Assembly: GCA_965216785.1 (NCBI GenBank)
Contig: OZ244197.1
Coordinates: forward strand, 672,001-736,000
DNA from: Thermodesulfobacteriota bacterium
GTDB taxonomy: Bacteria; Desulfobacterota_D; UBA1144; Nemesobacterales; UBA2774
Direction: 5' to 3'
DNA length: 64,000 nt
Part shown: positions 1 to 9,563 of the stretch, one piece after another
Layout of the letters: every line of letters starts with the position of its first letter
How positions within the stretch are numbered: the first letter of the stretch is position 1
The notes under the pieces: model-generated
The model's input: the letters and a program-made list of their open reading frames with translations, nothing else
Database searches by the model: none
Told to the model about the DNA's origin: nothing
Made by a program: the position numbers and the translations under genes

Positions 1-659
1 AATATAGGGAGCAGGGATATCTTCCAGAAGCTGTCCTCAACTACCTGGTCCGGTTGGGCTGGTCGTTCGGGGACCAGGAAATATTCACGATGAAAGAGCT
101 GATTGAGAAATTTACGCTCGACAATGTGGGGAAATCGCCCGCAGTGTTCAATCCGGAGAAGCTTGAGTGGCTGAACAGCCATTACCTTCGCAATAAACCG
201 CCTGAGGAAATTGCTGGACTTCTCATTCCGCTACTAAATGAAACAGGAATTCACACTGAAGTTGATGAAAAGCTTGTTAAAATAGTAATGGAGCTTACAC
301 AGAGAGCTAAGACCCTTAACGATATTGCAGATTCACTAGATTACTTTTATACAGACAACATAAGTTATGAGGAAAAAGCGGATAATAAATTTTTAAAGCC
401 CGAGATTCTGCCGGTGCTCGAAGATATAACTGGGGGGCTCACATCACTTAACAACTTTACAATGGACGGCATGAAAGAGGTGTTCGATAAAGTGATGGAG
501 GAAAGAGAGCTTAAGCTCGGGAAGCTTGCTCAGCCGGTGAGGGTGGCGTTGACAGGCGGTACTGTAAGCCCCGGAATATTTGAGGTTATGGATATACTGG
601 GTAAGGATGAAGTAGTTAAGAGACTTAATAAAGCGGTTTCCCATATTTCTACTAAATAA
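1..659 (+). CDS. gltX: Glutamate--tRNA ligase, C-terminal part (gene starts before the window)
   Basis: Frame open from position 3: YREQGYLPEAVLNYLVRLGWS...KSPAVFNPEKLEWLN...PVRVALTGGTVSPGIFE, typical GluRS anticodon-binding region. Confidence 0.95.
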   Translation, partial: YREQGYLPEAVLNYLVRLGWSFGDQEIFTMKELIEKFTLDNVGKSPAVFNPEKLEWLNSHYLRNKPPEEIAGLLIPLLNETGIHTEVDEKLVKIVMELTQRAKTLNDIADSLDYFYTDNISYEEKADNKFLKPEILPVLEDITGGLTSLNNFTMDGMKEVFDKVMEERELKLGKLAQPVRVALTGGTVSPGIFEVMDILGKDEVVKRLNKAVSHISTK

Positions 660-828
660 TTACTACACGGAAACACCGCGTCATCAAACTACGATTATAA
701 ACCCATCTGACCTCATATTATTTGGGCAGGCAGCTATTGACAGACGAATGAATTCTTGAGATGATATTTCAATATATTTTATACGTAAGTTAGGCTAATT
801 GGCATCCCCTAAAGAGTTAGAAGCTATC

Positions 829-1872
829 ATGAAAATTTATACGGATTATTCAGAGATACTTTTATTTTTATGCTGCTCATTATTTCTTGCCGTGTCGGCA
901 ACTGTGCCCACTTCGGCCCAAGAAAAATCGCAACGGGAGTACCTGGCTGAAGTCCGCCCTGGGGAGGGAGATCAGAAAACCCCGGTTAATATTGGTATCG
1001 CAGTTGTGGATATAGACAATATAGACGGAGCGCAGCAATCTTTCGTGGCCAACTTCGCTGTATCCGCACAGTGGAAAGACCCCCGCCTGGCAGAAGAGAC
1101 CGTTTCCGTTCGCACTATGGATTTAGATAAAATATGGTCTCCGAACTTACAGATTTTAAATCAGCAAAAGCTTTTTAAAACTTTTCCAGAAAAAGTTGAG
1201 GTTTCTCCGGACGGGACAGTAATTTACCGCCAGCGCTATTGGGGAACATTGTCCTACCCAATGAACCTGAAAGAATTTCCTTTAGATCAGCATTCTCTAC
1301 AAATTAAGATCGTGTCGGTTGGAAATAACGCCGAAGATATCGATTTCACAATTGCAGAAGATAGGACCGGCATGGCAGATGTGCTAACCGTAACCGATTG
1401 GGATGTGCTGGGGTGGGAGGCATTCACCGAGTCAATAATAGTAGGGCCCAAATTACCGGTTCTTCCGGGTGTAGTATTCGAATTTGAAGCCAAACGGCAA
1501 GTGAACTTTTATATTATCAAAGTGCTGATACCGCTGATAATGATAGTGTTTATGTCACTCATAGTACTATTCATCGACCCTGTACACGTGGGTCCGAAGT
1601 TTAGTATCGCGATTACTTCCATACTTACTCTAATTGCGTATCGATTTTTGCTTGGAACCCTATTGCCCAAGATTTCATATTTGACGCATATGGATTATTT
1701 CCTTTTCGGATCGATGTTCTTGGTATTTGCGGTGTTGGTGGAAACCTCAGTTGTCGCCAGGTTTATGAGCGTAAAGAAAGAGGAACACGCTAAAAAACTA
1801 GACTATTGGTCTAGGTGGGCCTTTGTTATTTTATTTTTAATAATATTGTTTGCGTCATTCCCTGTCTTTTAG
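829..1872 (+). CDS. Prokaryotic pentameric ligand-gated ion channel (GLIC/ELIC-like, Pro-loop receptor)
   Basis: Signal-like N-terminus, WKDPRL, IWSPNLQILN, Pro-loop LKEFPLDQH, four C-terminal TM helices with M2 KFSIAITSILTLIAY and LPKISYLT loop. ATG at 829 preferred over TTG at 799. Confidence 0.9.
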   Translation: MKIYTDYSEILLFLCCSLFLAVSATVPTSAQEKSQREYLAEVRPGEGDQKTPVNIGIAVVDIDNIDGAQQSFVANFAVSAQWKDPRLAEETVSVRTMDLDKIWSPNLQILNQQKLFKTFPEKVEVSPDGTVIYRQRYWGTLSYPMNLKEFPLDQHSLQIKIVSVGNNAEDIDFTIAEDRTGMADVLTVTDWDVLGWEAFTESIIVGPKLPVLPGVVFEFEAKRQVNFYIIKVLIPLIMIVFMSLIVLFIDPVHVGPKFSIAITSILTLIAYRFLLGTLLPKISYLTHMDYFLFGSMFLVFAVLVETSVVARFMSVKKEEHAKKLDYWSRWAFVILFLIILFASFPVF

Positions 1873-1913
1873 TTGAGTTATCATTTTTTATACTTGTATT
1901 GATGACTCAACTA
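1870..1913 (+). terminator. Stem-loop after the channel gene
   Basis: tagttgagttatca ... tgatgactcaacta, 14-bp inverted repeat with one G-U pair, between convergent genes. Confidence 0.5.
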
Positions 1914-2028
1914 TCACAAACACATAACAGAGAATCAAACAGGCTTGTATTCAGGCTAAAGAAAATACGGCCTCTGTATTCGAACGCGCACTATTCACTT
2001 TGGAAATAAAGGGCCTTTTTATCTGTTA

Positions 2029-2892
2029 TCAATATTCATAAAAGCCGCGGCCTGATTTTCTGCCGAGCCATCCTGCGCGGACCATTTGGCGAAGAAGCGG
2101 GGCCGATCTGAACTTTGAGTCCTGAAACTCTTTATAGAATACATCCATGACGTCAATGGTGACATCGAGTCCGATGAGGTCTATCAGAGCAAGCGGGCCG
2201 ATCGGCTGGTTGGTGCCGAGCATCATCGCTTTGTCTATGTCCTCCGCAGTGCCCACTCCGTCCTGGTAAGCGAAAACCGCCTCATTGAGCATTGGTATGA
2301 GTATCCTGTTCACAATAAACCCCGGAGAGTCTTTTGTCGAGACGGGCTCTTTTCCGAGCTCGACGGCAAAATCGTAGGCAAGCTTGGCCGTTTCATCGGA
2401 TGTAGCTAGTGTTTTAATAATTTCGACCAGCTTCATCAACGGGGCGGGATTGAAGAAATGCATGCCCACAACCTTGTCCGGTCTAGAGGTACTTACAGCT
2501 ATTTCCACAATCGGAAGAGAAGATGTGTTCGTAGCGAGAACTACATCCCCAGGGACTGTTTCATCAAGTTTTTTGTATATATCTTTTTTAACACCCATGT
2601 CCTCAAATACTGCTTCTATGATAAAATCCACGTCTGAAAGCTTGCCGAAACCACTTGCTGTCTCAATTCTCGATACAATGGCGGCGCTTTCTTCTTCGCT
2701 AATGCTCTCTTTTTTTACAAGCCTTCCGAGGCTCTTTTCGATACCCTTCATGCCTTTATCGAGGGCTTCGTCCGAAACATCGACAAGAACAACGTTTCTA
2801 CCGTTTGAAGCTACAACCTGAGCAATTCCAGATCCCATGGTACCTGCTCCTATAACTCCTACTTTTTTAATATCCTCAACTTTTTTCGACAT
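2029..2892 (-). CDS. hbd: 3-hydroxybutyryl-CoA (3-hydroxyacyl-CoA) dehydrogenase
   Basis: GVIGAGTMGSGIA Rossmann motif, ATNTSSL, GMHFFNPAP, PGFIVNRIL, GWLGRKSGRGFY. Confidence 0.9.
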   Translation of the reverse strand: MSKKVEDIKKVGVIGAGTMGSGIAQVVASNGRNVVLVDVSDEALDKGMKGIEKSLGRLVKKESISEEESAAIVSRIETASGFGKLSDVDFIIEAVFEDMGVKKDIYKKLDETVPGDVVLATNTSSLPIVEIAVSTSRPDKVVGMHFFNPAPLMKLVEIIKTLATSDETAKLAYDFAVELGKEPVSTKDSPGFIVNRILIPMLNEAVFAYQDGVGTAEDIDKAMMLGTNQPIGPLALIDLIGLDVTIDVMDVFYKEFQDSKFRSAPLLRQMVRAGWLGRKSGRGFYEY

Positions 2893-3011
2893 GTTGTTCT
2901 CCTTAAGTTTTACGCATATGCGAACTTTAAATACTTATTATACCCAAATCTATATTTAATCAAGTTTTACTCGATAGCACTCTGCTTCGATTGATATTAT
3001 GGAAATATGAT

Positions 3012-3040
3012 TTGAAACCCTATTGTCCGCCGCTTAAAAT
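3012..3040 (+). promoter_or_regulatory. Sigma-70 promoter of coaE (likely leaderless)
   Basis: TTGAAA (3012-3017), 17 bp, TAAAAT (3035-3040), then 7 nt to the GTG start. Confidence 0.6.
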
Positions 3041-3047
3041 ACCAGTT

Positions 3048-3653
3048 GTGAAGATTATCGGTCTGACAGGAAATATCGCTTCGGGTAAAAGCGTAGTCGC
3101 TCAGATGTTTGAGAGGCTCGGAGCTAAGATTATTGACGCTGATCTTGTAGCAAGAACTGTTGTAGAGCCCAACAAACCCGCCTACAAAGAAATAGTCGAT
3201 ACGTTCGGAAGAGGCGTCCTGAACTCCAAAGGTGACATCGACAGAGAGAAATTGGGCAAAATAGTATTTAACGATGAGGAGAAGAGGGATATACTGAACA
3301 AAATTACGCACCCAAAGATCGTTGATGAAATTAAGGAGCTTATAGAAAGTAACCGAAAAGAGGGAACAGAAATTATAATAATCGAGGCGGCTCTAATAGT
3401 GGAAAAGGGCGGCTGGCTAAGAGATATAATCGATAGCCTCATAGTTGTCAGCGCAAGTGAAGATTCCCGGATTGAAAGACTGATGTCCAGAAACGGATAT
3501 TCAAGAGACGAAGCGATGGCTCGGATAAGCTCCCAGATGCCGAGCGTCGAGAAAGAAAAACACGGGGATTTTATAGTAGATAATTCCACCAGTCTTGAGG
3601 ATACGGATAGCCAGGTTCTTAGCATCTGGGAAAAGATTACAGGTGGTAATTAA
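3048..3653 (+). CDS. coaE: Dephospho-CoA kinase
   Basis: IIGLTGNIASGKS P-loop, IIDAD, ITHP. GTG start at 3048. Confidence 0.93.
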   Translation: MKIIGLTGNIASGKSVVAQMFERLGAKIIDADLVARTVVEPNKPAYKEIVDTFGRGVLNSKGDIDREKLGKIVFNDEEKRDILNKITHPKIVDEIKELIESNRKEGTEIIIIEAALIVEKGGWLRDIIDSLIVVSASEDSRIERLMSRNGYSRDEAMARISSQMPSVEKEKHGDFIVDNSTSLEDTDSQVLSIWEKITGGN

Positions 3654-3815
3654 CTCCCTTTATCTTTTTTTGAAGTCCTCGCGCATAATAACCATTGACA
3701 CCGATGACAGTTTATTAGCAGATTTTAATTACCATTAACAAAGTAAACCCACTTGCCAATTGTATTATTCCATAGTAGATTTTTTGATTCCGAATTACCT
3801 TCAAAGGAGCTGAGA

Positions 3816-5360
3816 ATGAAGGACAAAATAGAAATATTAGAGCAAAAAGAGAAAGAGGCGGCAGAGGGCGGCGGCAAAGCAAGAATAAAAAAGCAGCACG
3901 ACGCCGGAAAGCTAACAGCGAGGGAGAGGGTGGAGCTATTAGTCGACAAGAACTCATTCGTTGAGCTGGATAAATTCGTTGTGCACCGCTGTAACGATTT
4001 TGGAATGCAGGACAAGAAGATCCCCGGGGACGGTGTGATTACGGGGTATGGCAAAGTGGAGGGCCGGCAGGTCTTTGTTTACGCGCAGGATTTTACCGTT
4101 TTCGGCGGTTCACTAGGAATGGAGCACGGAAGGAAAATATGCAAGCTCATGGACCTTGCTATGAAAGTAGGCGCCCCGGTCATAGGTCTCAGCGACTCCG
4201 GAGGAGCCAGGATTCAGGAGGGAGTGGAGAGCCTTGCCGGATATGCGGAAATATTCTGCAGGAACGTACTCGCCTCTGGAGTGGTACCTCAGATATCGGC
4301 AATTATGGGTCCTTGTGCAGGGGGGGCTGTTTATTCCCCGGCTATTACCGATTTCACACTCATGGTGAAAAACACGAGTTATATGTTTATCACAGGACCA
4401 GACGTCATTAAGGCGGTCACACACGAAGAGGTGAATTCCGAGGAGCTCGGGGGAGCGATGGTGCATAACTCAAAGAGCGGCGTTGCGCACTTTGCGGCAG
4501 AGGATGACAAAGACTGTATTGAGACTATTAAGGAGCTTCTTACCTTTATTCCTTCAAATAATATGGAAGACCCGCCCAAAGTTAGCACTGACGACCCGAG
4601 TGACAGAAAAGAAATGGGACTTCGATCACTTGTCCCCGAAAACCCGAATAAACCCTATGATATGAAAGACGTTATCGGCTCGATTGCCGACGACGGCTAT
4701 TTTTTTGAAATACATGAGCATTTTGCACAGAACATAGTAATCGGATTTATCAGGCTCGGGGGCAGATCAGTAGGAATTGTAGGGAACCAGCCCAATATGC
4801 TGGCCGGGTGCCTTGACATCGACGCTTCACTTAAGGGAGCCAGGTTTGTTAGGTTCTGCGACTGCTTTAATATACCGATCCTGACCCTGGAAGACGTGCC
4901 GGGATTCCTGCCGGGGACCTCTCAGGAATGGGGAGGCATAATAACACACGGGGCAAAGCTCTTATACGCATACAGCGAGGCTACCGTGCCGAGGGTTACG
5001 GTGATTACGAGAAAAGCTTACGGCGGGGCTTACGACGTTATGTCCTCTAGACACATACGCGGGGATCTTGTGCTCGCGTACCCGACTGCCGAGATTGCCG
5101 TGATGGGATCTGACGGAGCCGTAAACATTATCTCCAGAGCTCAGATCGCGGGAGCAGAAGACCCGGAGGCCGAAAGAGCAAGGCTTATCGAGGAATATAG
5201 AGAGAGATTCGCTAACCCTTATAGGGCTGCAGAGCTCGGGTTTGTGGACGAGGTCATTAGACCAGAAGACACGAGACCGAGAGTAATTGCGGCATTTGAG
5301 ATGTTAGATGGCAAAAGACTCACGAATCCGCCTAAAAAACACGGGAATATTCCACTCTAA
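3816..5360 (+). CDS. pccB: Acyl-CoA (propionyl-CoA type) carboxylase, carboxyltransferase subunit
   Basis: [59 protein letters not shown] before ATG 3816. Confidence 0.9.
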   Translation: MKDKIEILEQKEKEAAEGGGKARIKKQHDAGKLTARERVELLVDKNSFVELDKFVVHRCNDFGMQDKKIPGDGVITGYGKVEGRQVFVYAQDFTVFGGSLGMEHGRKICKLMDLAMKVGAPVIGLSDSGGARIQEGVESLAGYAEIFCRNVLASGVVPQISAIMGPCAGGAVYSPAITDFTLMVKNTSYMFITGPDVIKAVTHEEVNSEELGGAMVHNSKSGVAHFAAEDDKDCIETIKELLTFIPSNNMEDPPKVSTDDPSDRKEMGLRSLVPENPNKPYDMKDVIGSIADDGYFFEIHEHFAQNIVIGFIRLGGRSVGIVGNQPNMLAGCLDIDASLKGARFVRFCDCFNIPILTLEDVPGFLPGTSQEWGGIITHGAKLLYAYSEATVPRVTVITRKAYGGAYDVMSSRHIRGDLVLAYPTAEIAVMGSDGAVNIISRAQIAGAEDPEAERARLIEEYRERFANPYRAAELGFVDEVIRPEDTRPRVIAAFEMLDGKRLTNPPKKHGNIPL

Positions 5361-5378
5361 TTAGCCAAGGAAAACGAA

Positions 5379-6872
5379 ATGTTTAATAAGATACTAATAG
5401 CCAACAGGGGAGAAATAGCGGTTCGGATAATAAGGGCCTGTAAAGAGCTCGGGGTGAGCACGGTTGCGGTTTACTCAGACGCAGACAGGCGCGCGCTCCA
5501 TGTAGCGCTTGCTGATGAGGCGTACCATATAGGGGGCTCTGCACCGGGAGAGAGCTACCTGGTAATAGATAAAATCCTTGACGTAGCCAAGAAATCGGGA
5601 GCTGAGGCCATACACCCGGGATTCGGGTTTTTATCGGAGAACGAAGAGTTCGCTAAAAAGTGTGAAAAAGCAAAGATCGTGTTCATTGGCCCCTCAGCAA
5701 AAGCAATCAGGCTGATGGGCGATAAAATCACGGCGAGAAAAATAGCTCACGACGCAAGGGTACCGCTGGTACCGGGCTCCGAAGGTGCGGTGAGTGACGT
5801 AGAAGCCTCAGTGGTAGTGGACGAGATCGGCTACCCGGTAATGATAAAGGCATCCGCGGGAGGAGGCGGTAAAGGGATGCGGTTAGTCCGGAAAAAAGAG
5901 GAATTTGAGAGCGCTCTCCGTATGGCAAGAAGCGAGGCCGGCTCCGCATTCGGGGACGACTCGGTATTCGTCGAGAAATTCGTCGAGCAGCCAAGACACA
6001 TCGAGATTCAGATAATTGCGGACAGCCACGGAAATGTGCTTCACCTCTTCGAGCGTGAGTGCTCGATTCAAAGAAGACACCAAAAGGTTATAGAGGAAGC
6101 CCCCTCTTCAGCCATTAGCGCGAGAACACGAAAGAAAATGGGTGATGTCGCAGTGAGGATAGCAAAGGCTGTGGATTACCAGGGCGCAGGAACGGTCGAG
6201 TTTATAATGGACCAAAAGCAGAACTTTTACTTTCTTGAAATGAATACCAGGGTGCAGGTGGAGCATCCTGTAACAGAGATGATCACCGGATTTGACATAG
6301 TAAAGTGGATGATACGGATCGCTGACGGTGAAGCTCTGCCGTTTAAGCAGAGTCAAATTGAGATGAAAGGCCATGCGTTTGAGTGCAGGGTTTATGCGGA
6401 GGACCCGGAAACTAATTTTATGCCTTCACCCGGAGTGATCGATTATCTGAGGGTACCGAGCGGCCCCGGAATCAGGGACGACTCATCTATATACAGCGGG
6501 TGCGAGATAACCCCACATTATGACCCGATGTTATCCAAGCTCGTCGTATGGGCCGATACTAGAGAAGCCGCCATTAAAAAAATGGCCTCTGCGCTCAGGG
6601 AATATATAGTGATCGGTGTAAAGACTAATATAGGATTTTTGCTGCGCGTCATGGGGGAAGAAGAATTCAACAAGGGCAAGATCGATACCGGATATATAGA
6701 ACGCCACCCGGAGCTTCTTAAGCCAGGGGATGTAGACATAGAACCCGTATTGATTGCAGCGGCGGTTGCAATGAATAATGCCGAAAGCGTGGAAAGCACA
6801 GAGCAAAGACCCGTTTCAAACTGGAAGCTCTACGGAAGGAAGCTCGGCCTTTCAGGGGGACAAGTACTATGA
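5379..6872 (+). CDS. accC: Biotin carboxylase subunit
   Basis: KILIANRGEIA, HPGFGFLSEN, GGGGKGMR, RECSIQRRHQK, EMNTRVQVEH. Confidence 0.93.
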   Translation: MFNKILIANRGEIAVRIIRACKELGVSTVAVYSDADRRALHVALADEAYHIGGSAPGESYLVIDKILDVAKKSGAEAIHPGFGFLSENEEFAKKCEKAKIVFIGPSAKAIRLMGDKITARKIAHDARVPLVPGSEGAVSDVEASVVVDEIGYPVMIKASAGGGGKGMRLVRKKEEFESALRMARSEAGSAFGDDSVFVEKFVEQPRHIEIQIIADSHGNVLHLFERECSIQRRHQKVIEEAPSSAISARTRKKMGDVAVRIAKAVDYQGAGTVEFIMDQKQNFYFLEMNTRVQVEHPVTEMITGFDIVKWMIRIADGEALPFKQSQIEMKGHAFECRVYAEDPETNFMPSPGVIDYLRVPSGPGIRDDSSIYSGCEITPHYDPMLSKLVVWADTREAAIKKMASALREYIVIGVKTNIGFLLRVMGEEEFNKGKIDTGYIERHPELLKPGDVDIEPVLIAAAVAMNNAESVESTEQRPVSNWKLYGRKLGLSGGQVL

Positions 6873-7363
6873 GTTATACGCTAAATTATCAGGGTCAGTC
6901 ATATAAAGTCGAGCTTGAGGAAGATGACAAGCAGATCAGTATTGAAATTGACGGGAAAAAAGTGCCTGTTGAGTTTGAGAAAATCGAAGAGAACCTGTTT
7001 TCTATTATCTATGAAGGACAATCCATAACTCTCGGAGTTGTTAAAAAAGGCCATAACTTACAGATTTTTCTTAACGGCGAGCTATACGAGATCGAATCCG
7101 TATCGGAAAGAGACAAGCGTAAGTCTTCTCAGATTGCTTCAGGTATGCAGGAGATTAAATCCCCTATGCCGAGCCGTGTGGTTAAGATACTTAGAAGGCA
7201 GGGCGATCAGGTTGAGCTGGATGAGGGCGTGGTAGTAGTCGAGGCTATGAAGATGGAGAGCGAGCTTAAGTCCCCAATTAAGGGAGAGGTGAAGGACGTA
7301 TTCGTAAAAGAGGGTGACGCTGTAGAGGCCGGGACTGTACTGTTAGTTGTATCTTCGGAGTAA
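6869..7363 (+). CDS. Biotin carboxyl carrier protein with N-terminal BT-like domain
   Basis: EAMKM biotinylation motif. ATGA overlap with accC. Confidence 0.9.
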   Translation: MSYTLNYQGQSYKVELEEDDKQISIEIDGKKVPVEFEKIEENLFSIIYEGQSITLGVVKKGHNLQIFLNGELYEIESVSERDKRKSSQIASGMQEIKSPMPSRVVKILRRQGDQVELDEGVVVVEAMKMESELKSPIKGEVKDVFVKEGDAVEAGTVLLVVSSE

Positions 7364-7430
7364 GTAAAGAAAAACACCGTTTATCTTAAACTCTTGTACT
7401 AACACCAAAACCACATAAGTAAGAAAAACA

Positions 7431-7464
7431 AATAAAAAAGGGAGCCCAGGCTCCCTTTTTTATT
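7431..7464. terminator. Bidirectional intrinsic terminator
   Basis: aataaaaaagggagc-ccag-gctcccttttttatt region: GC stem with A/T tracts on both sides, between convergent genes. Confidence 0.85.
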
Positions 7465-7495
7465 ACCATATATTGTTCTAATTACTTTCTTAAAG

Positions 7496-8527
7496 TTATG
7501 CCTTTAAAAGCCGCCGTCTATAAAACAGCACGCCCGCAATACCCATTACTACAGCACTAGCCACTAAACCCCATTCGCTTAAGGTCGGCACATTTCTAAT
7601 TAATACTGCGCTGTTAACAAAGGTGCAGGTAACATCGCCCGGGGAGTTACATGTTACTTCGACAGTATTGTCGTTTACTGTTGATGTAAACTCGGCGTCC
7701 CCTTCACAACTGATACTATCCAATAACCAATCTTCAGGAACAGTCTGCGTAATCGTATAGTCGGTGCTGAGCGGCAAATCAGGAGTAGTGTCACTTTCCC
7801 CTGTTGTTATTTCAAAAGACTCGTCCAATTCACCGGCCGATAGGTTAAAGGGGAAAAGTGTGTCAACGGTATTAACGGTTGGGTGAGGAACTTCTTCTTC
7901 AACGATTATATTACACCTTTCATTTTCATTGGCGCTGTTAGTATAGGTACACGTGGCCTCGCCGTCCAATAGACAAAGCGCAAGGACTATATTTCCAAAA
8001 CCTATTCCGTTAAGCTCAGCCGGAACCTGACCCGGCATAAAGCTGCCATCCCCTACTCTGTTTTGAGGTCCGCACTGAATATTGTCCAGGCTCCAGCCCG
8101 TGGGCGGCAGCTCGGCGATGAAAGTTAATGAGAGAAACGGTACGGAAAAACTATTTTCCGGCGAGATGTTATCCGCCAGCATAAATTCATCAAACACATT
8201 AGGGTCAAAAAGAGGTATCGTTACTCTTAAAAAATCAAACTCCGTATTGTAAGCAGGCGCGGCGCTATTTACAACGGTTATATTGCAGCCAAAGCCGCAC
8301 ATCGAGGGCTCTGAAGTATCGCAGGTAGCTCCGGGCTCAACTAGACAGCTCGAACTACAGCCGTCTCCATCTTGCATGTTTGCGTCGTCGCATTCCTCAC
8401 TCATTTCGAGCATTCCATTGCCACAGACTATAACTGGTGGCCCTGCAAGCGCAGGCACTGAGAAAACGAATGCAAGAACGAAGACGAATATACCTAGTAT
8501 GTTTTTAAACGATTGAATACGGTTCAT
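7496..8527 (-). CDS. IPTL-CTERM sorted surface protein with a Myxococcus-type cysteine-rich repeat
   Basis: Signal peptide; CGNGMLEMSEECDDANMQDGDGCSSSC; two Cys-containing beta-sandwich units ending TCTYTN/TCTFVN; C-terminal NVPTLSEWGL-TM-RRR. Confidence 0.85.
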   Translation of the reverse strand: MNRIQSFKNILGIFVFVLAFVFSVPALAGPPVIVCGNGMLEMSEECDDANMQDGDGCSSSCLVEPGATCDTSEPSMCGFGCNITVVNSAAPAYNTEFDFLRVTIPLFDPNVFDEFMLADNISPENSFSVPFLSLTFIAELPPTGWSLDNIQCGPQNRVGDGSFMPGQVPAELNGIGFGNIVLALCLLDGEATCTYTNSANENERCNIIVEEEVPHPTVNTVDTLFPFNLSAGELDESFEITTGESDTTPDLPLSTDYTITQTVPEDWLLDSISCEGDAEFTSTVNDNTVEVTCNSPGDVTCTFVNSAVLIRNVPTLSEWGLVASAVVMGIAGVLFYRRRLLKA

Positions 8528-8649
8528 TTACCATCCTCCACTATATTTTATTATCTTTCAGCCTATCTTTTTAATTGTAAACCAAACATGCTCATAAATA
8601 AAGCCATTTTAGCTCGAAATGAAAGAACAATTGTTCGTATTGTTATTGA

Positions 8650-9495
8650 CTATGAGTTCTTTGAAATATGATCGGTTAGCTTTGCGAATTCTTCGATCGA
8701 GAGTGTCTCGGCGCGTCTTTTGTGGTCTATGCCGGAGGACTCAAGGGCTTTAAGCACGGAGTCTTTGGGAAATGCGGACGCAAGCGAGTTACCGAGCATT
8801 TTTCTCCGTGAGGAGAAGGCCGCGCGGATGACTTTTTCATAGAGCTTATCATCAATGATACTAACCCGCGGGGCTTTTAGCGGAATAAGCTTCAAAACCA
8901 CGGAGTAAACTTTTGGTTTCGGCCAGAACGCGGCAGGAGGCACACGGAACTCAAGCGTGATGTCAAAATAGCTCTGAAGGAGAACGGAGATAGAGCCGTA
9001 TTTCTTTGACCCGGGTCCGGAGGCGATCCTCTCGCCTACTTCAAGCTGAAGCATTAGCACCAGCGAGGAGAAAATATCTCTTTGCTCGAGAAACTTAATG
9101 AGAATCGGGGTGGATACGCTGTAGGGGAGATTAGAGACGACTTTTATACCACCGTCTTTAAACAAACTTCTAAAGTCTACGTTAAGGCTGTCCTCTGAAA
9201 TAAGCTCTATGTTGCCGTAGCCCTCGGACAACTCATTAAGACGGGGGATGAGCTTTTTATCCTTCTCAATAGCTACGACCCTGCCCGCCCGCTTGGCAAG
9301 CTCCTCAGTGAGCGCGCCCAAACCGGGGCCGATCTCTAACACTTCATCTTGCTCGGTGAGCTCAGCAAGTCCTACTATCTTATTCAGGATATTCTTGTCT
9401 TTCAGGAAATTCTGCCCAAGAGATTTGCTCGGGGAGACCGTATGGCCTGAGAAAAGTTCTCTTGGATTATTTCTCTTGCTTTTATTTTTCGTCAT
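8650..9495 (-). CDS. rsmA: 16S rRNA m6(2)A1518/A1519 dimethyltransferase
   Basis: KSLGQNFL, VLEIGPGLGALT, VVSNLPY, RRKML, RRAETLS. Confidence 0.95.
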   Translation of the reverse strand: MTKNKSKRNNPRELFSGHTVSPSKSLGQNFLKDKNILNKIVGLAELTEQDEVLEIGPGLGALTEELAKRAGRVVAIEKDKKLIPRLNELSEGYGNIELISEDSLNVDFRSLFKDGGIKVVSNLPYSVSTPILIKFLEQRDIFSSLVLMLQLEVGERIASGPGSKKYGSISVLLQSYFDITLEFRVPPAAFWPKPKVYSVVLKLIPLKAPRVSIIDDKLYEKVIRAAFSSRRKMLGNSLASAFPKDSVLKALESSGIDHKRRAETLSIEEFAKLTDHISKNS

Positions 9496-9563
9496 ATGAT
9501 ACGCGATAGACAAACCGGGGAGATTGTTTCGTTATACAGACGAGGCCTATACAGCTTCTATAT

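Noticed and set aside
3816-7363. Autotrophic carbon-fixation carboxylase
   Set aside because: No other pathway markers in the window; ordinary propionyl/acyl-CoA carboxylation is sufficient
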